This document shows positions 54,807 through 63,700 of a stretch of 64,000 bases of DNA, one piece after another. A program made the position numbers and the translations under genes. Source of the stretch: an uncultured Actinomycetes bacterium (GTDB lineage: Bacteria; Actinomycetota; Actinomycetes; Streptosporangiales; Streptosporangiaceae); NCBI GenBank assembly GCA_963770545.1, contig CAVYQF010000036.1, forward strand, positions 38,253-102,252, in the 5' to 3' direction. The notes beneath the pieces were generated by a model. It saw nothing but the letters and a program-made list of their open reading frames with translations. It searched no databases and was not told the DNA's origin. Numbering within the stretch: position 1 is the first letter of the stretch; every line of letters starts with the position of its first letter.

Positions 54807-57800
54807 TCACCTTCCGACTCCAGAAGCGGTGATGCCCGTGCTGCCCCGCAGATAGTCCAGGGGCCAGCGGCAGTCGTGGAGTTGGGTGAGCGCCTCGGAC
54901 AGGCGCTGCTCCCAGTCCTCGTCCCCAGACTTGGCACCGACGACTGTCTCCACAGTGGCTGGCCGCACGGTCCCGAACGCGATCCGCCGGACATCAGCCG
55001 GATCGCGCTGGTCTGCGTCGTACCAGCGCTGAACCACGCCGATCTGGCTGGCGCAGGTCTCGCCGGAGATGGACCGGCCGGCGCTGGCTTCCCATTCGGC
55101 GGTCTGCGGATGCCGGCCGGATCCCGGGGTCTTCCGGTCCAGGGTTTTCAGGTCATCCAGGATGAGGGCCCACCGAAAAGCGGGGGCCAGCCACTGCGGT
55201 TCGGGAAACTCACACTCCCGTCCGCCGTCCGCGATCCAGCGGCGCAGGGCCGCCGCCACGTGAGACGCCAAGGCGTCCGCGCTGACCCGTGTGGAGAACG
55301 TGCTGGCTCTGGCGGCTACCGCCGCGTCCACGGCATGCGACACGGCGCAGTCCCGGACACGTACGTCGGCGGACAAGGCCGCGACCCGGTGAGCGAGTTC
55401 GCTGCCGGTGACGGGAGTCGGCATGAGCCATCCGGTCAGGTGGGCCAGTACCGCCACCTCGGCCCAGAGGACCAGGCCAGGCTCGGCGATGAGAGTCCGT
55501 TGGGCGGCCCGCATGTCCCGCAGCGTGCAGGGGGTGGCCCGGCAGTCCGGCCCGCAGGTGCCCGACCGCGGCGACACGATGCCGGCCGGGGACGCGGTGA
55601 CCGCCGCGGCGGTGGCTTCCCGGGCGGTACCGTCCGGCATCGCCGCGAGCACGGGGTAGTCCATCCCGTCGCTGAAGACCGCGGCCTGGCCGGGCGGCAG
55701 GGTGACTAGGTACCTGGACTGGGAGTCCGTCATGTTCATGGTCGCCCCGACCATCTCGCGGTCGTCGGCCGCGGGGAGCCGGTGCACGATCTTGACGGCG
55801 GTGTTCTTGACCGCGTCGGGGATGATCTTGGCGGGGATCTGCTCCGCGATGATCAGGCCCTCGCCGTACGCGCGGATCTCGGCGAGTAGGCCGGCGAACA
55901 TTTCCACCGCGTGCGCGGTGGCCCCGGTCCCACTGCGGTGGTCTTCCGGCCGGCGCAGCAGCCGGTGGGCTTCCTCGAACACCGACAGGTGGCGCAACGC
56001 AGGGTTGGTGGCCGCGCCGCTAGCCCGGGCTTGCAGCCGCAGGTGCTCGGTCAGCTGAATCAGCACGGTGCCCATCAGGAACGCCTTGTCCCGGTCGTCA
56101 CCGACGTCCTCGATCTCGAACACGACGTTGCGGGCCATCAGCTTCCCGAAGTCGATCGGGTGACCGCCCTCGAAGAACCGGCCCGTGGTGCCCAGGCGCA
56201 GGCTCGAGACCCGGACCGTGATGAACCCCCGCACGTTGTCGGTGATCTCGCGGCCGTAGCCGATTTCAGACACGATCCGCTCGGCGGCTGCCTGCAGGTC
56301 ACCCAGGGTCGGGTACCGGGGCTGGACGCCCGGCGTAACCGGCTCGCCCAGCGCCAGGTCCCAGCCCGCCTCTTCGTAGACCCGGGTGACCGCGGCGGAC
56401 AGGACCTGCGGGAATGGCTCGTCGGCCGCGAACGAGGCCAGGAACAGCGCCCGGACCAGGTCGGCGTGGGTCTGCAGCGGGAAGCGCCGGCCCGCTGCGT
56501 CGACGGCCGGGGCCAGGGGGTTGATCCCGGCGGCGATCTGGTCCGCTTCACCGGGACGGATGCGCACCACCCCGCGAGCCGTCCCGTTCAGCCGGACGCT
56601 CATCAGCCGGTACTCGGCTTTGGCTGGCTCGACGACCAGCCAGGGCAGGCCGGCTCCAGACGCCCCCTCCAGCAACGCCCGCACGGTCTGCGATTTCCCC
56701 GCTCCCGTCGCGCCGCAGACGAAGACGTGCCGGTTCAGCGAGGCCGTTGGGAGCGACAGGTTCCCGGCCGGTACGCCGTTACGGTCCAGTACCTGGCCCA
56801 GGGGCAGCGGCGCCGCCCGGTTCTCGTCTCTAGGCGGGGGCTCGGGGGTCACGTCGAATTCAGGCCGCAACGCCAGCCGCACGCCGGGGACCTCGACCTC
56901 GGGCACCCGCGCCAACGTGGCCAGCAACAGGGTGCTCGCGTGGAAGGGGAAGGCCGCTGAGGAATCCGTCCGTGACGGAGCAAGGACATCAGGCTGCGTG
57001 CCGAGGAGTTCTGGGAGTGGTTCCGTTAGGGAAATTGAAGGGGTAAGCGCGTACGGAAGGCCGTGCAGGTCCGCGGAAGCGCAGAACAGGCCGGCGACGC
57101 GGGCGGCGGCGGCGGGATCGGGCGCGCCGGCCAGTATGTGCAGCTGCCACAGGCCCGAGGACAGGGCCTGGCGTAATTCGGTGTGGCGTTGTTCGAGGCG
57201 GTGCGCCTGGACCGCCTTTTCCGGGTCGCGCTCGGCCATGGCCGACGCCAGCCGCTGCCTGTCGGCCACCTGGGCGGCGTAGTCTGCGATCTCCGAGCGG
57301 GCGAGGGGGTCGGCGAGGATCAGCCAGCCGAAGGGCCCATCCCAGGCGGCCAGTAGGCACTCCTCCAGCGAAGCGCGATCCAGTTGGAGGTTGGGGCCTT
57401 CCTCGGCCAGGAGGCCGTCGGCGATCCCGCTGATCCGGGTCCAGCAGGGCAGGGCGTTCATCGCGGCGGCCATGCCTCCGGGCGCGATGACCTGGCCTAA
57501 TGCCCCGGCTGGTAAGGCCAGCGAGATTTCGTGGCCTGGGCCGGGCCGTGGGCTGCCGCGGAGGGCTGAGCCGGCCAGCAGGACGTCCACCGGGCCGCCG
57601 GACGCGACGCGGACCCAGCCGATGGCGACGGGGCCCGCATCTGTCTGCCGGCTGATCCCCGCGTGGTAGGCAGAGGCCAGCGCCGCGGCGCGTTGTGGGC
57701 GTCCGGTGTCACGGTCCGCGGGATGGGACGGATCGGCGGCGGCGTCCTGCGGGTGACGGGGGATCCGGGTCACGCGGCACGCGTCGAGGTCAGACAGTCG

Positions 57801-57923
57801 CTGCCACGCCGTTCCCGTCATCGATGTCCCCAGGCTCCGTCGGCTGAGTGCCTTGAACCTCAGGGTAATCAGGCGGTGCACAATTTGTGTGCGGACGTTC
57901 GTGATTCGTAGCATTTCCCTCAC
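54807..57923 (-). CDS. large HerA/FtsK-superfamily (DUF87-like) P-loop ATPase with unassigned N- and C-terminal domains
   Basis: Walker A GATGAGKS at 56691-56714 and Walker-B-like LSVFEEAH at 55965-55988, with IIAEQIP downstream. Start uncertain: GTG 57923, ATG 57914 or ATG 57821. Confidence 0.75.
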   Translation of the reverse strand: MREMLRITNVRTQIVHRLITLRFKALSRRSLGTSMTGTAWQRLSDLDACRVTRIPRHPQDAAADPSHPADRDTGRPQRAAALASAYHAGISRQTDAGPVAIGWVRVASGGPVDVLLAGSALRGSPRPGPGHEISLALPAGALGQVIAPGGMAAAMNALPCWTRISGIADGLLAEEGPNLQLDRASLEECLLAAWDGPFGWLILADPLARSEIADYAAQVADRQRLASAMAERDPEKAVQAHRLEQRHTELRQALSSGLWQLHILAGAPDPAAAARVAGLFCASADLHGLPYALTPSISLTEPLPELLGTQPDVLAPSRTDSSAAFPFHASTLLLATLARVPEVEVPGVRLALRPEFDVTPEPPPRDENRAAPLPLGQVLDRNGVPAGNLSLPTASLNRHVFVCGATGAGKSQTVRALLEGASGAGLPWLVVEPAKAEYRLMSVRLNGTARGVVRIRPGEADQIAAGINPLAPAVDAAGRRFPLQTHADLVRALFLASFAADEPFPQVLSAAVTRVYEEAGWDLALGEPVTPGVQPRYPTLGDLQAAAERIVSEIGYGREITDNVRGFITVRVSSLRLGTTGRFFEGGHPIDFGKLMARNVVFEIEDVGDDRDKAFLMGTVLIQLTEHLRLQARASGAATNPALRHLSVFEEAHRLLRRPEDHRSGTGATAHAVEMFAGLLAEIRAYGEGLIIAEQIPAKIIPDAVKNTAVKIVHRLPAADDREMVGATMNMTDSQSRYLVTLPPGQAAVFSDGMDYPVLAAMPDGTAREATAAAVTASPAGIVSPRSGTCGPDCRATPCTLRDMRAAQRTLIAEPGLVLWAEVAVLAHLTGWLMPTPVTGSELAHRVAALSADVRVRDCAVSHAVDAAVAARASTFSTRVSADALASHVAAALRRWIADGGRECEFPEPQWLAPAFRWALILDDLKTLDRKTPGSGRHPQTAEWEASAGRSISGETCASQIGVVQRWYDADQRDPADVRRIAFGTVRPATVETVVGAKSGDEDWEQRLSEALTQLHDCRWPLDYLRGSTGITASGVGR

Positions 57924-57971
57924 TTGGCGTCGCTGGCTGGGGGGTTGCGGACGGCCGGGAAAGCTCCGGGA

Positions 57972-58295
57972 TTACCCGCGCGGTGACGGGGTGAGCGCCG
58001 CGCGGAGTTCGCTGATGTCTGCGGTGATGACGAGCCAGGGAGTGCCGGTTGTACCGGGCTTGGCGCGGGCGACGTACCGACGGGCGCGACCTGGATAGCA
58101 CTCAATGCCAAGGAAGTGGTCTGGGCATTGCCCGGCGAGGGTGGCTAACTCGCGGTGTGCCCGCTGTTCGGCAAGGAGGACGGCCTGCGGATGCTCTAGG
58201 GCGGCCCTCGTGATTTCGGTGAGGGCTGTTGGTGGAGCGGGTTCCTGCTCCTGGTCGCTGATGGTGCGGGGGGCGGCTGGGTCGTTGCGTGTCAT
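57972..58295 (-). CDS. 107-aa hypothetical protein, first gene of the cassette
   Basis: ATG start and TAA stop, same strand as and ~50-150 nt upstream of the ATPase gene. I recognise no family. Confidence 0.45.
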   Translation of the reverse strand: MTRNDPAAPRTISDQEQEPAPPTALTEITRAALEHPQAVLLAEQRAHRELATLAGQCPDHFLGIECYPGRARRYVARAKPGTTGTPWLVITADISELRAALTPSPRG

Positions 58296-58347
58296 GTCGG
58301 CGTGCTCCGAGTGGCTGGATGGCCGTGATGAGACGCGTATCAGTATA

Positions 58348-58369
58348 GCTCTATAAGAGCTCTATAAGA
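58348..58369. promoter_or_regulatory. AT-rich 11-bp direct repeat x2 containing the 8-bp palindrome AGAGCTCT, in the divergent promoter region
   Basis: agctctataag agctctataag, with AGAGCTCT at 58356-58363. Lies between the 107-aa gene start (58295) and the GntR start (58428). Confidence 0.45.
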
Positions 58370-58427
58370 GCACTACGAAAGCTCTCTGATTGATATACGC
58401 AGGTCAGGGGTAGCTACTGTCACGTGG

Positions 58428-58676
58428 GTGAGCGACATAGCCGCGCCGGGTGGAGGTCAGGAGGAACTCGCCTATGTCCGCGTCGCTAAGGACATCGCGG
58501 CTCGGATTGCCTCAGGAGAACTGGCTTCAGGCACTCGGTTGCGCGCTGAGCGGGACCTGGCTGCTCACTACGGCGTCTCCTACGGGACAGTGCGCCGCGC
58601 CATGAAAGAACTCCGCGACCAGGGTCTGATCGCCACGATCCATGGACGCGGAACCTTCGTGAACAACCCGTCTTAG
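58428..58676 (+). CDS. GntR-type winged-HTH protein without an effector domain
   Basis: 82 aa, GTG start. Y..VA.DIAARI.SGEL..G..L..ERDLA..YGVSYGTVRRAMKELRDQGLI....GRGTFV is a complete GntR wHTH followed directly by a stop. Confidence 0.75.
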   Translation: MSDIAAPGGGQEELAYVRVAKDIAARIASGELASGTRLRAERDLAAHYGVSYGTVRRAMKELRDQGLIATIHGRGTFVNNPS

Positions 58677-58690
58677 ACACCTGATCCCGG

Positions 58691-58810
58691 GGGACGGCGC
58701 GGCGCGCGGTGGCCCTGCTCCGGGTAGAGGGAGCGGTGGCCGTGCTCCGTGAAGAGGGATTGGTGCCGACCATCCCCCAGCGCGGCAGCTACGTCGCTCA
58801 GAGAGCATGA
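58691..58810 (+). pseudogene. remnant of a second GntR wHTH (C-terminal half only)
   Basis: Translates as GTARRAVALLRVEGAVAVLREEGLVPTIPQRGSYVAQRA*. This matches only the recognition helix and wing of a GntR domain, and there is no start. Confidence 0.5.
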
Positions 58811-58986
58811 TCGCGTTACCGTGGTGGATTTGGCCCCGCCCGCGGGGCAAAAGCTACCACGCTAACGCGTCGCTGCGGAGTCCCCGGCGGAGTTCTCCGT
58901 GGGTCAGCGGCGCAGACCCCCCGCCGCGCAGACCCCCCGCGGCGCCGACCCCCCGCGGCGCCGACGGCGCAGACCCCTCAGCGGAG

Positions 58987-60747
58987 TCAGCGGCGCAGAC
59001 CCCCCGCGGAGCCAGCGGCTGAGTCCCCACGAGAGACCCCGGTCCCGTCTATAGCGGAGTCCCCGGCCGGGTAAGCAGCCGAGCCAGCATCCAACCCCGC
59101 CGCAGAGCCCCCGGACCCAGAGCCCCGCAACGGGACCTCGCAGAGGGCGTCCAGGTACGTCTTGGCCCAGTACGCCACGTCATGCTCCAAAACCCTGCGC
59201 CGCATCGACCGCATCCGCCGCCGGGCTTCAGCGGGGGAGACGGTCGCGGCCCGGACGATGGCGTCCTTCAGCCCCTCGATGTCGTGCGGGTTGACGATGA
59301 ACGCGCCGCTCAGCTCGTCCGCCGCGCCGGTGAACTCGCTCAGCACCAGCGCGCCGGTGTCGTCGTAGCGGCAGGCCACGTACTCCTTGGCGACGAGGTT
59401 CATCCCGTCCCGCAGCGGGGTGACCAGCATCACGTCAGCCGCCAGGTACAGCGCGGCCATTTCTTCCCGGGGGTAAGACTGGTGCAGGTAGTTGATGGGG
59501 GCGACGCCTACCTCACCATGCTCCCCATTGATCCGGCCGACCGTGACCTCGACGGCGTCCCGCAGCTGGCGGTACTCCTCCACTCGCTCCCGGCTCGGGC
59601 TGGCCACCTGGACCAGCACCGCACCAGGCGGTCCGAGCCGGCCCTCGTCGAGGATCTCGCCGTAGGCCTTGAGCCGGTGCAGGATGCCCTTGGTGTAGTC
59701 CAGCCGGTCGATGCCCAGCAGCACGATGTCCGGTTTGCCCAGGGCCTCGCGGATCTCCTGGGCCCGGGCTCGCACATCCGGCTCCCGGGCGATCTTCTCG
59801 AATCCGCGCGTGTCGATCGAGATGGGGAACGCCGCGGCGCGGACGTCACGCCCGCTCTGGAAGTGATGCTGCGCCACCCGCTGGCGCCGGATGCTTCGCC
59901 CGGTGGTCTGCGTGGTCGAGTCGTCGAACTCGGCGTCCGGGACCCGGATCAGCGAACCTCGGGTGGCCAGTCCCGCTGCCCGGCGGCAGGCGCGCAAAAA
60001 GTTGGTGGCGTCACTCTGCCGCTGGAATCCCAGCAGGTCCGCGCCGAGCAGCCCACGGACGATCTGCCGCCGCCAGGGCAGCTGGGCGAAGATCTCGTAA
60101 CCGGGGAACGGGATGTGGGTGAAGTGGCCGATGCGGACGTCGGTCCGCAGTTCGCGCACCATCCCGGGCACGAGCTGGAGCTGGTAGTCGTGCACCCATA
60201 CGGTCGCGCCGCGGGCGGCCTGGGCCACGACGACCTCCGCATAGCGCCGGTTCACCCGGACATACGCGTCCCACCACTCACGGTGGAACTCGGGTTGGGC
60301 GATGACGTCGTGATAGAGGGGCCACAGCGTGGCGTTACAGAAGCCTTCGTAATACTCGGCGACCTCTTCTTCCGACAAGCCCACGCTGACCAGGTGCATC
60401 CCGTTGGTGTCGAACGGCTCCGGCGCGTCGCCCGCCGTGCCCGGCCAGCCCACCCAGGCTCCACCGGCGGAACGCATCACCGGTTCGAGCGCGGTCACCA
60501 GGCCACCGGGGCTGGGCCGCCACTCGGTTTCGCCGTCCGGTCCCTCGGTCCGGTCCACCGGCAGTCGGCTGGCCGCAACCACGAAGTTGTACTCGCCGTA
60601 AGCAGCCGTGGTCTCATCCTCCCTGTCGCTGGGCTCATACTGTCCTCGGCCAGGCCGGGGCCGGCCCAGGCGGGCGCTCGTTACCGGCCAGCAGTTCCCC
60701 CGGCTGGCCCCGCGAAACAAGCCTATCCCGTGCGTCAGTTGCGGCAT
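58987..60747 (-). CDS. otsA: alpha,alpha-trehalose-phosphate synthase (UDP-forming) with a repeat-derived C-terminal tail
   Basis: FVVAASRLPVD, GGLVTAL, WVHDYQL, GFFLHIPFP-like HFTHIPFPG, LGIDRLDYTKG, PLRDGMNLVAKEY and LSEFTGAA motifs. Start set at ATG 60747, because the track ORF start overlaps the upstream stop. Confidence 0.85.
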   Translation of the reverse strand: MPQLTHGIGLFRGASRGNCWPVTSARLGRPRPGRGQYEPSDREDETTAAYGEYNFVVAASRLPVDRTEGPDGETEWRPSPGGLVTALEPVMRSAGGAWVGWPGTAGDAPEPFDTNGMHLVSVGLSEEEVAEYYEGFCNATLWPLYHDVIAQPEFHREWWDAYVRVNRRYAEVVVAQAARGATVWVHDYQLQLVPGMVRELRTDVRIGHFTHIPFPGYEIFAQLPWRRQIVRGLLGADLLGFQRQSDATNFLRACRRAAGLATRGSLIRVPDAEFDDSTTQTTGRSIRRQRVAQHHFQSGRDVRAAAFPISIDTRGFEKIAREPDVRARAQEIREALGKPDIVLLGIDRLDYTKGILHRLKAYGEILDEGRLGPPGAVLVQVASPSRERVEEYRQLRDAVEVTVGRINGEHGEVGVAPINYLHQSYPREEMAALYLAADVMLVTPLRDGMNLVAKEYVACRYDDTGALVLSEFTGAADELSGAFIVNPHDIEGLKDAIVRAATVSPAEARRRMRSMRRRVLEHDVAYWAKTYLDALCEVPLRGSGSGGSAAGLDAGSAAYPAGDSAIDGTGVSRGDSAAGSAGGLRR

Positions 60748-60776
60748 TGCTACCGCTGACGGTACTTCTATACCCA

Positions 60777-63700
60777 CTAACGAAGGGCGGGGTCCCTCTC
60801 CCCGAGCGGACCGCCCTGAGCCGCCGCGGGACTGCCGTCCACTCCTGGAGCGGTCCCACTGGTCGGCGGCGGGCCCGCGTGGTTCAAACCCGCGGGGGGC
60901 TGCGGCCCAGTGGGAGTCTCCTGGCCGCTGTTACGGGGCGCCCGGTTCCGGGGCAGGAAGTTGAGCAGCACGGCGAGCAGGATGATGCCGCCGAGCAAGG
61001 CCAGCCCGGCCCACCAGCTGTTGCGCAGCCACGGCAGGACATCGCGCGGGACCCACCCGGCCGTGCTGCTCCCCTTCTTGCCCCACAGTTCGGCGCGCAC
61101 CCAGGGGACGGTGAGCACCCCCACGGCCGCCACCGCGGTGAAGCCGATGAGCGCGCCGAGCAGGCCCCGGTGGATACCCCAGGCCCCGAGGGCGATCAGG
61201 TACAGGCCCACCAGGGCGACGACCGTGCCGGTCAGGCCGATGATCAACGCTCCCTGAGTGGCCATGACGATCCCGACGATGGCAAGTCCCAGGCCGACCA
61301 GCAGGACGTTGCGGCTGCTCCCGCCGACGGCCTTAGTGGCCTGATAACCGGTCCGGGTCACGGCCCGGGCACTGGTCAGGATGGGCCGGATCGATTTCGG
61401 CACTTCCGGGGCAACGGTAAGAGCGGCGGTAGCCACCGCGCCGGCCTTGGTGGCGGTCTCGAGGAAGACCGGGGTGCGCTCTTCCCCGGCCAGGGTCTCC
61501 TCACGCACGGGGCAGGTCGGCAGCAGGGCGGCGAGGTCCTTGGCGCTTCCCGTGTCCTTCACGCCGCGCACGCGGGTGACCCACGGGTCCGGCGACTTGC
61601 CCGTCAACTTGGCCGTGTGCCCGTCATTGGGCGCCATGCACTCCGCAACGGTAGGCAGTTCATTGGCAGCAATGCGCTCCTGCCAGGCCTGGGCCAGGAA
61701 CAAGGCAGAGCTGGGCAGGCTGACCGGAATCGCGGCGTTGGGGTCGCCGAGGAAGTCGAGGTCCTTCTCCAGGCAGTCACCGGGCAGGCCCGCGGGCAGC
61801 CCGAGGGCCTCGCGCAGCACGGTCGCGAAGTTTCTGGCCCGCTCGGCGCGTGGCCAGTCGTAGCGGTTCTCGATCACGGCCAGGATGCGCCGTGGGTCCA
61901 GCAGGATGTGCACCAGCCAGCCGCTGCCGTCCAGGCGTCCCCACATCCAGTCGTAGGCGCGCCAGGAATTCTTGTAGAAGGCGGCGAAGTGGTGCAGTTC
62001 CACCCCGCGCAGCTTGGTTACCCGGTCCTGGTTTGGCGACAGCAGCGTCCGGGTGTTGGCGCTGACCTGAATGAACTCCACCGGCTGGTCGATCACCGGC
62101 TGAGCGGGCTGCAGGGCCCGCTCGGTGACCGTGAGGTTGAGCAGCAGGTCTATCATCGCCGCCGGATCGCTGGCCAACCCCAGGTAATCACGGTAGGTCG
62201 CCAGCCCCTGGGCGGCTTCCCGGCGTGATTTCCGGCCGTCAGCGATGGTCAGAGGGGCGAGGTCGCGGAGCAGATCGATGGCTGCCACCGCGAGTTCCTG
62301 CCAGGCATTGGCGAGCGAGGCCGAGCGGTCAGTCCCGATGAGCAGAACCCGGCGCTTCTGATCAGCCAGCGCCAGGACGAGTGTGGTGAGGCTGGCCGGA
62401 GGCCGGCCTGCCGCCGGTTCCGCGCCCTCACGCACGGTGCGGGCCACGTCCAGGTCATCGTCGTCTCCGGAAGGCAGACCCTCCAGGGCGGCGGTGATGG
62501 CAGCGTGATGGCGGTCGAGCATCTGCCGCTGGCCGGGGTCAGTAGCCCGCTGATAACCCAGCCGGATCAGGTGCTTCAGCGTACCGTGAGCCCCGCGCAC
62601 CGCGGGAAGACCGAAACGGGCCGCCCGGCCGACCGGGTCGGGGGCGAAGTCCTCCCAGGCGGCCGAGGCCGCCCCCTCGTCCCGGAGCATGTCGCCCGGC
62701 GTCTGGTCCTGGTCTGCCACTCCCGCCGCTCCCGTCGGGCCCGGGGCCGGTCCGGCGCCCAGCGCGGCCGGATTCCACCCCGCGCCCAGGATCGTCGTCA
62801 TCGCCGTGGTCAGCCGTTCCTGTTCCGGGGTGGTCGCGGAGAGGCTGGCGGGCAGGAGAGCCGTGTCCCAGCCCTCCGGCAGGCGCTCCAGGGCCGAGAC
62901 CGCGCGCATGACCTCGGCGAGCAGCGGCTGGGCCAGGCCCCGGCCCTGCTGGATCTGGTAGTCAACCAGCAGGGTGGGGGTGACCAGGCGGCCCGGAGAC
63001 AGGCGGGCCCCCATGCCTGCGAGGGCCCGGCGCAGATCGCTCGCGGCGGTGAGCTGGTCATTGTGGTCCCGGATCAGCTGCAGCTCACTGGCGACAGACT
63101 GGCTCAGCTGGGCGTCCAGGTCCATCTTGAGCGCCTGGACCAGGGTCGGCGGTTTCGCCCACTGGTCCGCGGGCGGCGACTGCCCGGCGTTGGCCGTCAC
63201 CCCGCCATCGGGAACCACGAACGCCAGGACCCGGCGGACCTCCCGGGCGGCCCGGCGGCTGAACACGGTGGACAGCAGCGGGGCGATCGGCCGGTTCGCG
63301 AGCAGGCCGCCGTCCGCGACCCAGTGGCTGCGGGTCATGTTGGCAAAACCGGCCATGTCGGGCCGGGGCGGGACACCCTTCACTCCGGTGACCTTCTGGT
63401 GGACCGGGACAAACGAGGGCTCAAACGCCCCCGGGAACGAGGCACTACACCGCGCCGCCAGGGCCAGGGCGTCCAGGGACGACCGGTCCGCAGGATCAGG
63501 CGCGAGATCGTTCTGGTGGAACGTGAAGAGGCCATGGTGGTCCACATCGGGCACCACGGTTCCGTAGTCGTCGGTGAACCGGCTCGTCTCCCCGGACATC
63601 ATCGTCGTGGTGATGAACACGGTGGTGTCGGGCGGAGTGACCGGAGCGAACGGTTCCCCCGTCTTCGGGCGCCCGGCCCAGAATTCCTCGATCCCCTGGG

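Noticed and set aside
53188-58810. An intact actinomycete integrative conjugative element (AICE), given the short GntR (KorSA-like) regulator and a large FtsK/HerA-like ATPase.
   Set aside because: There is no integrase, excisionase, Rep, Nudix/pif or spread genes, and no att repeats. The ATPase lacks the TM/TraB-like layout and is coupled to a kinase-toxin-like gene instead. A decayed mobile origin remains possible.
58821-58860. The hairpin gtggtggatttGGCCCCGcccgCGGGGCaaaagctaccac as an intrinsic terminator for the GntR gene or otsA.
   Set aside because: The T-run is 5' and the A-run 3' of the stem on both strands, the opposite of what a terminator needs. It is kept only as an unexplained structure.
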